From: an uncultured Chloroflexia bacterium | GTDB lineage: Bacteria > Chloroflexota > Limnocylindria > Limnocylindrales > CSP1-4 | NCBI GenBank assembly: GCA_963849495.1 | Contig: CAWKHN010000012.1 | Span: 21,906 to 85,905, forward strand | DNA length: 64,000 nucleotides | Direction of reading: 5' to 3' | In this document: positions 16,998 through 26,437 of the stretch, piece by piece | Numbering within the stretch: position 1 is the first letter of the stretch | How the letters are laid out: each line of letters opens with the position of its first letter | Program-made: the position numbers and the translations under genes | The notes under the pieces: model-generated | What the model was told of the DNA's origin: nothing | Seen by the model: only the letters and a program-made list of their open reading frames with translations | The model's database searches: none

Positions 16998-18641
16998 ATG
17001 ACAGCACTGACCCGTCCATTCCGGCGCCTGCGCGGACGCCAGGACGTCCCATCGGTCGACGCGGCCGTCGCCGAACCGGCGCCTGCCACGGAGGAGTCGT
17101 CCGGTATTGCGATCGACATTCCGCATTCGGACCCGCTGTTCGCATACCTCCAGTCGGCACCGGGGCCGGTGGACCTCACGAAGCTCGAGCTCGCGTCCGA
17201 GGTGCTCGAGCAGCTTCGTGAGGCCGGCGTGGCCCTCGTGGTGCCGCTGGTCACCCAGGGCGAGCTGATCGGCACCCTGAACCTCGGTCCACGGCTTTCC
17301 GAGCAGGACTACTCGACGGACGACCGACGGCTGCTGGCCACGCTTGCCGCCCAGGCTGCGCCCGCGATCCGCGTCGCCCAGCTCGTCCGTGAGCAGGCGG
17401 CGGAGGCGGCTGAACGCGAGCGGTACGAGCAGGAGCTGAAGGTCGCGCAGCTGATCCAGCAGCAGTTCCTGCCGCACGAGCTGCCGAACCTCCCCGAGTG
17501 GCAGATCGCGGCCTACTACGGCCCGGCGCGTGTCGTGGGCGGCGACTTCTACGACTTCATCGACCTCGGCGAGGGCCGGATCGGCGTGGTCGTCGGCGAT
17601 GTCACCGACAAGGGGGTCCCTGCCGCCCTGGTCATGGCCCGCACCCATTCGATCATGCGCGCCGAGGCACCGCGGCTCATCGATCCGGGCAAGGTCCTCG
17701 CACGCGCCAACGAGCTGCTGGTGCCGGAGATGCCGCCGCGGATGTTCGTGACCTGCCTCTACGGCGTGCTCGAGCCCGCGACCGGCCGGTTCAGGTTCGC
17801 CAACGCCGGCCACAACCTGCCCTATGTCCGGACCGCAGACGGCGTGATCGAGCTGCGGGCGACCGGGCTGCCGCTCGGCCTGCTGCCGGAGATCAGCTAC
17901 GAGGAAACCGTGGGAACGATCGCTGCCGGCGACGCGATGCTGCTGTACTCGGACGGCGTCGTCGAGCAGCACGGGCCGGGGCGCGAGATGTACGGGTTCC
18001 CCCGGCTCCGCGAGGCGATGGCCACCAACGAAGCCGGCAGCCGCTTGCTGGATCGCCTGCTCGAGGGCCTGCACGCGTTCACCGGCGCAAGCTGGGAGCA
18101 GGAGGACGACATCACGCTCGTCACGCTGCGCCGAGCGGCGGCGGTGGCCGGGGACTGGTCCGAGGATCGGCCGGAGGTCGAGCTCACCCGTGATGATGCG
18201 CCAGCGGTCGACGATGGCGAGGTTTTGGCCTCGTTTACCATCCAGGGCGCGATCGGCAACGAGCGCGAGGCGATGGAGCGAGTCGCGGTGGCCGTGGCCC
18301 CCCTCGGTCTGGCCGAGTCGCGCCTGGAGCGCCTGAAGACTGCCGTCGCCGAAGCCGTCATGAACGCGATCGAGTACGGATCCCAGGGGAATCCCGACGT
18401 CCCGGTGGACGTGCGGGTCGACGCGGATGCCGGGGAGATCCGGATCCAGGTGACGGATCGCGCGCTGTCGGGCCCCGTGCCGGACGTGGAGGCGCCGGAT
18501 CTCGACGCCAAGCTCGAGGGTCGCCAGAAGCCGCGCGGCTGGGGGCTGTTCCTCATCCGCCACATGGTCGACGGGATGGATGTCCACGCCGCCGACGGTC
18601 TGCAGACCGTGACCCTCACCCTCGCCCGGGACGGGCGCTGA
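16998..18641 (+). CDS. Partial GAF + SpoIIE/RsbU-type PP2C phosphatase + RsbW-like HATPase fusion
   Basis: GAF C-terminal part (VALVVPLVTQGELIGTLNLGPR...DDRRLLATLAAQAA) and a coiled coil. PP2C motifs VGGDFYD, GDVTDKG, MFVT, NAGH, YSDG and DDIT. HATPase motifs EAVMNAIEYG and RGWGLFLI. Confidence 0.92.
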   Translation: MTALTRPFRRLRGRQDVPSVDAAVAEPAPATEESSGIAIDIPHSDPLFAYLQSAPGPVDLTKLELASEVLEQLREAGVALVVPLVTQGELIGTLNLGPRLSEQDYSTDDRRLLATLAAQAAPAIRVAQLVREQAAEAAERERYEQELKVAQLIQQQFLPHELPNLPEWQIAAYYGPARVVGGDFYDFIDLGEGRIGVVVGDVTDKGVPAALVMARTHSIMRAEAPRLIDPGKVLARANELLVPEMPPRMFVTCLYGVLEPATGRFRFANAGHNLPYVRTADGVIELRATGLPLGLLPEISYEETVGTIAAGDAMLLYSDGVVEQHGPGREMYGFPRLREAMATNEAGSRLLDRLLEGLHAFTGASWEQEDDITLVTLRRAAAVAGDWSEDRPEVELTRDDAPAVDDGEVLASFTIQGAIGNEREAMERVAVAVAPLGLAESRLERLKTAVAEAVMNAIEYGSQGNPDVPVDVRVDADAGEIRIQVTDRALSGPVPDVEAPDLDAKLEGRQKPRGWGLFLIRHMVDGMDVHAADGLQTVTLTLARDGR

Positions 18642-18644
18642 CCG

Positions 18645-19019
18645 ATGGAGGTAGCCATGAACGAGCGGCGACTCGACATCGAGGTGATCACCTCGATCCC
18701 CGGGGAGGCTCGGCTTGCGATGCGCGGTGACGTCGACATCGCGGCCGACGAGACCCTGGCCTCGGCCTACAAGGCCGCGGCATCGGCCGGCGCCACCCGC
18801 GTCGTCCTCGACTTCACCACCGTCGACTACATCAACTCGACCGGCATCGCTCTGATCGTCCGCCTCCTCGCCGAGGCCCGTCGCGATCATCGCGACGTCA
18901 TCGCGGTCGGTCTGTCCGATCACTACCGGGAGATCTTCCGGATCACCCGCCTGTCCGACTACCTCACCATCGCCGACGGCGTTTCGGCAGGCAGCGTTCC
19001 AGAGGAGGGCAACCGATGA
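18645..19019 (+). CDS. STAS-domain anti-sigma-factor antagonist 1
   Basis: GDVD...VVLDFTTVDYINSTGIALI...IFRITRL. Phosphorylatable Ser present. ATG 18657 is an alternative start. Confidence 0.9.
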   Translation: MEVAMNERRLDIEVITSIPGEARLAMRGDVDIAADETLASAYKAAASAGATRVVLDFTTVDYINSTGIALIVRLLAEARRDHRDVIAVGLSDHYREIFRITRLSDYLTIADGVSAGSVPEEGNR

Positions 19020-19360
19020 CCGATACCATGATCGAGGTCGGCCAGCACGGCGACGCAACGATCCTGCGCATCCACGGGGACATCACGGGGGGCAGCGAGC
19101 CAGCGCTGATGGACGCCTACAGCCAGGCTGGGTCGGCTCGGTCCGTCGTGCTCGACTTCGGCGATCTCGAGTACATGAACAGCGGTGGGATCGGGCTGCT
19201 GGTGACACTGCTGGTGCGCACGCAGCGAGCCGGCCAGAAGCTGCTCGCGGTCGGCCTGACCGAGCACTACCGCCAGATCCTGGCCCTGACGCGCCTCGAC
19301 GAGGCGATCTCCATCCACGACGACGAGCCGGCGGCACTGGCCGCGGCCGCCTCCACCTGA
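19016..19360 (+). CDS. STAS-domain anti-sigma-factor antagonist 2
   Basis: VVLDFGDLEYMNSGGIGLLV...ILALTRLD. ATGA overlap. Confidence 0.9.
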   Translation: MTDTMIEVGQHGDATILRIHGDITGGSEPALMDAYSQAGSARSVVLDFGDLEYMNSGGIGLLVTLLVRTQRAGQKLLAVGLTEHYRQILALTRLDEAISIHDDEPAALAAAAST

Positions 19361-19374
19361 ACGGAGCGTTCCCC

Positions 19375-20115
19375 ATGACCACCCAGCCTCGCACTCCCCG
19401 CGACAAGGAGTCCTGGGCACGTCCCGTTGACCGGCTGTCCACGACCGCGAAGACCGGCGGCATGGACACCGTCACCGGCAAGCGCGTCTCGGGCCCGATC
19501 CAGGGCTTCGGGCAGATGTGGCAGAAGACGTTCAAGGTGAGGCTCGACGGCGTCGACCTCGACCCGGAGGCGGTCATCGCGCACTGGAAGGCCGGCTTCC
19601 CGACCTTCTGGCCCAAGGGAGCCGCGTTCTACGCCCCCCTGGCGGGCATTACGCCCGGCGAGGTCGCGCTGCTCGAGGTGGCACCCGTGCCCGGTTCGCC
19701 TGTGAAGATGTCGACCGGCGTGCTGGTGATCTACGCTGACAACGAGTCGTTCACGTTCATGACGCCCGAGGGTCACGCACTGTCCGCATGGATCACCTTC
19801 TCCGCCTACCGGGACGGCGACGTCACCGTCGCCCAGGCCCAGGCCCTCGAGCGGACGAGCGATCCGTTCATCGAGCTCAGCTACATGTTTGGCGCAAACC
19901 GCTCGAACGACCGATTCTGGGAGCGGACCCTGGAGAACCTCGCTGTGTCGCTGGGTGTCGCGGCGCCGGTCATCGAGGCCCAGAAGGTGTGCGTGGACAG
20001 GCGGCGCCAGTGGCGGTACGTCCGCAACCTGCGGCACAGCGCGGCGGTGAACATGGCGATCGGCACCGTCACTGCGCCGGCGCGCTGGATGCGTCGGCGG
20101 CGGGCCACCGGCTGA
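19375..20115 (+). CDS. Hypothetical protein (possibly DUF1990/SRPBCC-like)
   Basis: SFTFMTPEGH..S.WITF segment resembles DUF1990-like proteins. Co-oriented in the operon. Confidence 0.75.
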   Translation: MTTQPRTPRDKESWARPVDRLSTTAKTGGMDTVTGKRVSGPIQGFGQMWQKTFKVRLDGVDLDPEAVIAHWKAGFPTFWPKGAAFYAPLAGITPGEVALLEVAPVPGSPVKMSTGVLVIYADNESFTFMTPEGHALSAWITFSAYRDGDVTVAQAQALERTSDPFIELSYMFGANRSNDRFWERTLENLAVSLGVAAPVIEAQKVCVDRRRQWRYVRNLRHSAAVNMAIGTVTAPARWMRRRRATG

Positions 20116-20143
20116 GCGGTCAGACGGCCTCGGCGGCGGCTCG

Positions 20144-21589
20144 GTGACCGGGTCAGGCGGCCGAGCCGGTCTCGACGCCATCGTCGTCGGCGCCGGGCCC
20201 AACGGCCTCGCTGCAGCCATCAAGCTGGCGCAGGCCGGTCGATCGGTCCGGATCTACGAGGCGGCGGATGCGGTGGGCGGGGGGACCCGATCGGCCGAGC
20301 TGACCCTGCCGGGCTTCGTCCATGACGTGTGCTCGGCGGTGCACCCACTGGGCGTCGCATCGCCGTTCTTCCGGTCGCTGGACCTCGCCCGGCACGGGCT
20401 GGAGTGGGTCCAGCCGGCCGCGGCGCTCGCGCACGCTTTGGTGCCGGGCCGGAGCGTGGTGCTGGAGCAGGACCTCTCGGCACTGGGCGATGCGCTCGGC
20501 CCGGACACGAGCGCCTGGCTCCGGCTGTTCGGGCCGCTCGTCCGGGAGTGGGAGCGGCTGGTGCCACCGCTGCTCGGACCCGTGGTCAGGCCCCCCCGTC
20601 ACCCGGTCCTGATGGCCCGGTTCGGGCTGCCCGCGCTGCTCCCGGCGACGACCCTCGCCCGGCTCTGGTTCCGCGAACCGGCGGCCCGCGCGCTGTTCTC
20701 GGGCATGGCCGGTCACTCGATGGTCCGCCTGAACCGGCCGCTGACCGCCTCGTTCGGGCTCGTGATGGGGCTTCTCGCCCACGCCATCGGCTGGCCGCTG
20801 GCACGCGGCGGGAGCGGCCGCGTCGCCGCCGCGCTCGAGGCAGAGGCCCGGGCGCTGGGCGTAGAGATCGTCACCGGGCACCGGGTCGGCTCGATCTCGG
20901 AGCTGCCGGCCGCGCGGGCCGTCCTGCTCGACCTCACCCCGCGCCAGGTCGTGGCGATCGCGGGCGACCGGCTGTCGGGAGCCTATCGGCGCCGGCTCGA
21001 GGCCTACCGGTACGGACCGGGCGTGTTCAAGATCGACTGGGCGCTCGACGGGCCGATCCCGTGGCGCGACCCGGCGACGTCGCGAGCCGGGACCGTGCAC
21101 CTGGGCGGGTCGATGCGCGAGGTGGCGGAATCCGAGGAGGCGACCGCCCGCGGCCGTCTCCCGGAACGCCCGTTCGTGATCCTCGTCCAGCCCACGGTCG
21201 CGGATCCGTCCCGCGCCCCGGCGGGCAAGCACGTCGCCTGGGCGTACTGCCACGTGCCCAGCGGGTCCACCCGGAGCATGACCGGCGCCATCGAGGACCA
21301 GGTCGATCGTTTCGCCCCCGGGTTCCGGGATCTCGTCCTCGCGCGGAGCACAACGACGGCGAGCGCTCTCGAGGGCTACGACGCGAACTACGTGGGGGGC
21401 GACATCAACGGCGGCATCCAGGACGTCCGCCAGCTGCTGTTTCGACCCGTCCCTCGCTGGAACCCGTACACCACGCCGGACCCGGGTCTGTTCCTGTGCT
21501 CGTCGTCGACACCGCCCGGCGGGGGCGTCCATGGCATGTGCGGCGTGCACGCCGCCCGGGAGGCGGAGCGGCAGCTGCATCGGAGCTGA
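20144..21589 (+). CDS. Phytoene dehydrogenase-like FAD-dependent oxidoreductase
   Basis: VVGAGPNGLAAA, LTLPGFVHDVCSAVHP, NYVGGDI and STPPGGGVHGMCG. Confidence 0.9.
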   Translation: MTGSGGRAGLDAIVVGAGPNGLAAAIKLAQAGRSVRIYEAADAVGGGTRSAELTLPGFVHDVCSAVHPLGVASPFFRSLDLARHGLEWVQPAAALAHALVPGRSVVLEQDLSALGDALGPDTSAWLRLFGPLVREWERLVPPLLGPVVRPPRHPVLMARFGLPALLPATTLARLWFREPAARALFSGMAGHSMVRLNRPLTASFGLVMGLLAHAIGWPLARGGSGRVAAALEAEARALGVEIVTGHRVGSISELPAARAVLLDLTPRQVVAIAGDRLSGAYRRRLEAYRYGPGVFKIDWALDGPIPWRDPATSRAGTVHLGGSMREVAESEEATARGRLPERPFVILVQPTVADPSRAPAGKHVAWAYCHVPSGSTRSMTGAIEDQVDRFAPGFRDLVLARSTTTASALEGYDANYVGGDINGGIQDVRQLLFRPVPRWNPYTTPDPGLFLCSSSTPPGGGVHGMCGVHAAREAERQLHRS

Positions 21590-21640
21590 CACCTCGCGCC
21601 GCCGCCATCGACGGCCCGCAAGGTGGCAGTGATCGCAGCC

Positions 21641-24196
21641 TCAGAGCAGGCCGAGGAACCGGTCCACGAGACGCCGCTCCCAGAATGTCCGGACGAGCAG
21701 CACCCACGCCACCGCGGCCACGGCCACGATCGCGGCCTCGCGCGGACCGGGGACGACGAGCTGGAAGAACCCGCGCGCCGGCGGGACCAGCAGGACCACG
21801 ATGTACCCGGCCGCAAGGCCGATGGCGAGCAGCGCGGGTCGACGGTCGGTGGTCAGCGGTTCGGCCACTGCGAACCACGGGACGGGTGGCTCGACGAACA
21901 GGATCAGCAACAGCCCGGCGAACACGAGGAACGAGGTGAGCGCCGTCCGGGCATCCCGGCTCGCGGCACCGAGACCGGACGGGTCGGGTGCCGACAGGGC
22001 GAGGACCCCGTAGAACACGGCCAGACCGACGAGGCTCGACACGACGGCGGCCGGAACCACGAACCGCGCAAGCGTCCGGCCCAGCGTGTCGCGGACGCGC
22101 CTGCCCGGCTGCGCCCACACGGCAAGCATGGCGCTCGGGATCCCGACCGTGAACACCGTCAGTGCGGATGCGTTGCGGAGCTCGATCGGGAACGTGATCA
22201 CGACCATCGAGCTCACGATGACCAGGCCGACGGTGGCGATCCGGGTGAGGAACAGCTTGAGGATGTCCTGCATGCCGTTGAGGATCCGCTGCCCCTCGCC
22301 GACAGCCTGCGCCACCGCCGCGAACGAGTCCTGCATCAGCACCAGGTCGGCCACGCCACGGGTGGCCTGGCTGCCACTGCCCATGGCGATCGCGAGGTTT
22401 GCCCTCTTGAGCGACAGCACGTCGTTCACACCATCGCCGATCATCGCCACGTAGTGGCCCCGGGCGCGCAGGGCAACCACCAGCCGTTCCTTCTGCGCTG
22501 GCGTGATCCGGCCGAACACGATGGTCTCCTCGGCGACCTCGCCGAGTGCCGCGTCGTCCATGTCGGCGAGGTCCGGCCCGGCGATCCAGGGCACATCCCC
22601 CGTCAGGCCCGCCTGGCGGGCAAGTGCGACGACGGTCTCGGGGTCGTCGCCCGAGATGATCTTCACCTGGACCCCGGCATCAAGGAACGCGCGGAGCGTG
22701 GATCCGGCCTCGCTGCGCAGCTCATCCGCGAGCGCGATCAGCCCCAGCGCCCGCATCCCGCCCGGGAGCGTCGCGTCCGGATCATGCTCGTCCTCGTACG
22801 CGGGGAGGGCGGCTGGATCCGGGTGCGTGGCGACCAGGAGGACGCGCAACCCGCGATCCGTCCAGGCGGCGGCCATCGCCGCGAGCTCAGCCCACCCGAG
22901 CGGCTGGCCGTCCGCGCCGGCCTCGAGATACGGCCGAAGGAACGTCGGAGCACCGAGCGCGACGATCCCGCGCGGCCCGTCCGAGCCGGGCCCGGACGCC
23001 GCTGCAGTCCCTCCGAGGGCCTCGAAGGCGCACGCGCTCCACTTGCGGGCCGAAGAGAACGGGATCTCTCCCGCGAGGGGTCGAGCGGGCGCCGGCCAGT
23101 GGGCCGCAATCGCCTCGCTCGTCATGTTTCTCGATGTCGCGCCGGCCGCCAGAGCCGCAGCCGCCCCCCGGACGTCATCCTCCGTCGCGCCGGCCAGCGG
23201 GGCCACTGCCGTCACGGTCATGCGGTTGGCTGTCAGCGTTCCCGTCTTGTCCAGGCACAGCACGTCGACGTGGCTGAGCGACTCGATCGCGTTCGACTGC
23301 TGCACGAGCGCGCCAAAGCGCAGGATCCGGATTGCTCCCAGGGCGTACGCGACCGCGATCGACACGAACAGGCCGTTGGGGACCAGGCCCGCGAGCAGGG
23401 TGGCGTCCGCGACCACCTGGCCGATCGCGGACGCGTGCAGCGCGCCGCGCAGCACGAGCAGGATCTCGAGGTAGAGCACGATCCCGAGCACGACGCGGAT
23501 GACGAGGTTGATCTCGCCCTGCAGCGGGGTGATCACACGGCGGAACGACCGGGCCCCGGTCGTCAGCTGGTTCGCGAAGCTGGCGTCCCGGATCTTCTCG
23601 GCCACGTAGCGCCCGCCGCCGGATGTGGCGAAGCTCCCGCTCAACACCTCGTCACCGGGACGCTTCCGGACCACGTCAGATTCGCCGGTGAGCTGGGACT
23701 CGTCCAGGCCGGCGGCACCCGTCACCAGGCGGCCGTCGAGCACGACCTGGTCGCCGGCATTGAATGCGATGAGATCGCCAAGGACGAGGTCCTCCGCCCC
23801 GACCTCCCGGATCGTGCCGCCCCTGACAACGGCGGCCGTCGGGCGTGTCAGGAGCGCGATCCGGTCCAGGGTCCGCTTTGCCCTGACCTCCTGGACGATC
23901 CCGACGACAACGTTGGTCGAGATGACCGTCAGCGAGACGAGCGCATCCATCGGTCGCCCGACCAGCACCAGCGCGAGGCCCAGCACGAACAGGATGTCGT
24001 TGATGAACGTGAACACGTTCTCGCGGAAGATCTGCGCGTAGGTGCGGGTCGTCGGGGGCGGCGGCGTGTTCCCCAGGCTGGCGGCGCGGCGGCGATCGAC
24101 CTCCGTGTCGTCCAGGCCCGTCGCCGGGGTCGGCGGCACCTCCGGGTGACCGGGTATCCCGTCGTGGGTGCTCACCGGCGGCGTGATCGTCGTCAC
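21641..24196 (-). CDS. Cation-transporting P-type ATPase (CtpE-like)
   Basis: LTGES, VPNGL, DKTGTLT, ISGD and GDGVND motifs. GTG 24196 follows a TATGCT -10. Confidence 0.92.
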   Translation of the reverse strand: MTTITPPVSTHDGIPGHPEVPPTPATGLDDTEVDRRRAASLGNTPPPPTTRTYAQIFRENVFTFINDILFVLGLALVLVGRPMDALVSLTVISTNVVVGIVQEVRAKRTLDRIALLTRPTAAVVRGGTIREVGAEDLVLGDLIAFNAGDQVVLDGRLVTGAAGLDESQLTGESDVVRKRPGDEVLSGSFATSGGGRYVAEKIRDASFANQLTTGARSFRRVITPLQGEINLVIRVVLGIVLYLEILLVLRGALHASAIGQVVADATLLAGLVPNGLFVSIAVAYALGAIRILRFGALVQQSNAIESLSHVDVLCLDKTGTLTANRMTVTAVAPLAGATEDDVRGAAAALAAGATSRNMTSEAIAAHWPAPARPLAGEIPFSSARKWSACAFEALGGTAAASGPGSDGPRGIVALGAPTFLRPYLEAGADGQPLGWAELAAMAAAWTDRGLRVLLVATHPDPAALPAYEDEHDPDATLPGGMRALGLIALADELRSEAGSTLRAFLDAGVQVKIISGDDPETVVALARQAGLTGDVPWIAGPDLADMDDAALGEVAEETIVFGRITPAQKERLVVALRARGHYVAMIGDGVNDVLSLKRANLAIAMGSGSQATRGVADLVLMQDSFAAVAQAVGEGQRILNGMQDILKLFLTRIATVGLVIVSSMVVITFPIELRNASALTVFTVGIPSAMLAVWAQPGRRVRDTLGRTLARFVVPAAVVSSLVGLAVFYGVLALSAPDPSGLGAASRDARTALTSFLVFAGLLLILFVEPPVPWFAVAEPLTTDRRPALLAIGLAAGYIVVLLVPPARGFFQLVVPGPREAAIVAVAAVAWVLLVRTFWERRLVDRFLGLL

Positions 24197-24284
24197 GGGT
24201 CGAGCATACGCGCGACCCGGGGTCAACCCCCTGACGGGCCCGGGCGGCGTTGGCCGCAACCCCGGGCGGGCGAGGACGCTGCTC

Positions 24285-26408
24285 CTAGCGCCAGGCGGTC
24301 CGCGCGACGTCAGGGTAGAGGCGGACCCGCCGGTACGGCTCACGCCCGCGCGAGCGCGAGACCAGGTTTGCGCGCTCTGCCATCTGGTGCTGCAGACGAC
24401 GGATGTACGCATTCTGCGGAGCCAGCTCCACCGGCTCCTGTTCCTTCATGACGAGGCCGATCGCCTGCTCCGTCTCCCGGAGGGCAGCCTCGCGCGGATC
24501 AACCTCGAGCGCGAAGATCGACGTCAGCGACGCCTGCATCTGCGCGATCGTGTTCGCCTTGAGGACATAGACCGGGATTGCCCGCTCCTCCGCCTCACGG
24601 ATCGCGGGCGGCTTCTGGCGGTACTCGCTGCGGAGCGTCATGGCCACGTCAGCCTCATCCACGTCCCGCGCCACGATCACGGGCAGCTGGAGATCCCGGA
24701 TGGCCTGCTCCAGGCGCTTGCGGCTGATCCCGTGCGGGAAGACGCGCAGCGTGGGGAGCGTGCCACCCTCGACCTCGAGGGCTCCGGATCCGAACGCAGC
24801 CTCGTCATCGTCGCCGTCCTCCGACCCGATCGTCGACGGCCCGGTCTCGCCCGGAACCATCAGCGCCAGCTGGCGCTCCTCCTCGGCCTCGAGCTCCGCG
24901 GCATTGACCGGCCGCGTGCCCTCATCCTCGTGGAGGGCGTTGAGCGCCTTGGCGGCCTCGTCGCGCCAGGCCTTCTGACGCTGCAGCTCGCGTGCGTCGC
25001 GGGCGCGAACCTCGGCCGCAGCCGCGGCTGCGGCTTCGGCACGCTCCAGCGGTCCGCGGTCGGCGATCTCCCCGGCCACGAACGGTGCCCCGGGCGGGAC
25101 GGCGAACCGCTCGCCCGGCAGCATGCTCAGCGACGCCGATCGGTCGCCCTCCGGGGTGCGCGCCCCACGCTCGCTGCCGCCGCGCTCGGCCCCGCCGCGG
25201 GCGTTCCGCCATCCGCCGGACTGACCGGGCCGGAACCCGGGACGCGCGGGCAGGCGATCCTCGCCCGCGTACCCGCCCGTCCGGTACTGCGATGAGCCGC
25301 GCCAGCCCGGCTCCCGGCCCCAGGCGCCCGCACCCGAGCCGGTCAGGCCGTTGAACCGATCACCGGAGACGGCTTCCCGGGCCGATGGCTTGGGCCGGGC
25401 CTGGGACCGATGAACGCCCTCCTCGTCTCGCCAGCGCAGCTCCGGGGAGACCGCATCCCCGAGCAGCATCGCGTCCACCGTCGCGGCCACGTCCGCGTGA
25501 ACCATGACCTTCTCGCGGTCCTGGATCTCGACGATCACGTCGAAGGTGGGCGGTGCCTTCCGCTCCAGAACGCTCTTCTGGGTCCGGCGCCGGCGTGCCT
25601 CCTCGTCACCCAGGGTCACGCTCTGGATGCCGCCGATGAGATCGGACAAGGTTGGGTTGAGCATCAGGTTGTCGAGGGTGTTGCCGTGCGCGGTGCCGAT
25701 CAGCTGCACGCCGCGCTCCGCGATCGTGCGCGCGGCGTGCGCCTCGAGCTCCGTCCCGATCTCGTCGATGACGATGACCTGGGGCATGTGGTTCTCGACC
25801 GCCTCGATCATCACCTCGTGCTGGAGCGACGGTGTCCGGACCTGCATCCGGCGCGCCTTGCCGATTGCCGGGTGAGGGATGTCACCGTCGCCCGCGATCT
25901 CGTTCGAGGTGTCCACCACCACGACCCGCTTGCGCTGCTCCTCGGCAAGCACGCGCGCCGCCTCGCGCAGCATCGTCGTCTTGCCGATGCCGGGGCGGCC
26001 CATGATCAGGATCGACTTCCCGCTCTCCACGAAGTCCGCGATGATCTCGATCGTGCCGTAGACCGCACGCCCGATCCGACACGTCAGGCCGACCACCTTG
26101 CCGTTGCGGTTGCGGATGGCGCTGATCCGGTGCAGCGTGCGCTCGATGCCGGCCCTGTTGTCGTCACCGAAGGTGCCGATGTGGTCGACCACGTACTGGA
26201 TGTCGGCTTCACTGACCTCGCGGTCGAGCAGCCCGACCTCGCTGTTCGGGTAGCGGGCCTCGGGCCGGCGGCCGAGATCCAGGACGACCTCGATCAGGGT
26301 CTCCCGGTCGGGCAGGGCGTGGATGGCCGTGACGATCTCCGGCGGCAGCGCCGCGAGGAGCACGTCGAGATCGTCCATGGTCTCGCGCCGACGATCCTGG
26401 GATCCCAC
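24285..26408 (-). CDS. Ycf45/SpoIIIAA-like AAA ATPase with C-terminal R3H domain
   Basis: [39 protein letters not shown] and IDEIG motifs. R3H motif [10 protein letters not shown]. Confidence 0.9.
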   Translation of the reverse strand: MGSQDRRRETMDDLDVLLAALPPEIVTAIHALPDRETLIEVVLDLGRRPEARYPNSEVGLLDREVSEADIQYVVDHIGTFGDDNRAGIERTLHRISAIRNRNGKVVGLTCRIGRAVYGTIEIIADFVESGKSILIMGRPGIGKTTMLREAARVLAEEQRKRVVVVDTSNEIAGDGDIPHPAIGKARRMQVRTPSLQHEVMIEAVENHMPQVIVIDEIGTELEAHAARTIAERGVQLIGTAHGNTLDNLMLNPTLSDLIGGIQSVTLGDEEARRRRTQKSVLERKAPPTFDVIVEIQDREKVMVHADVAATVDAMLLGDAVSPELRWRDEEGVHRSQARPKPSAREAVSGDRFNGLTGSGAGAWGREPGWRGSSQYRTGGYAGEDRLPARPGFRPGQSGGWRNARGGAERGGSERGARTPEGDRSASLSMLPGERFAVPPGAPFVAGEIADRGPLERAEAAAAAAAEVRARDARELQRQKAWRDEAAKALNALHEDEGTRPVNAAELEAEEERQLALMVPGETGPSTIGSEDGDDDEAAFGSGALEVEGGTLPTLRVFPHGISRKRLEQAIRDLQLPVIVARDVDEADVAMTLRSEYRQKPPAIREAEERAIPVYVLKANTIAQMQASLTSIFALEVDPREAALRETEQAIGLVMKEQEPVELAPQNAYIRRLQHQMAERANLVSRSRGREPYRRVRLYPDVARTAWR

Positions 26409-26437
26409 GCTGATCAGACCTCCTTCCGTCCGCAGTG

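Noticed and set aside
16900-17000. Frameshift joining member 6 to the phosphatase as one broken gene
   Set aside because: All six paralogues stop at the same structural point, the downstream gene has its own promoter motif and ATG, and no slippery run is evident. Not fully excluded without reads.
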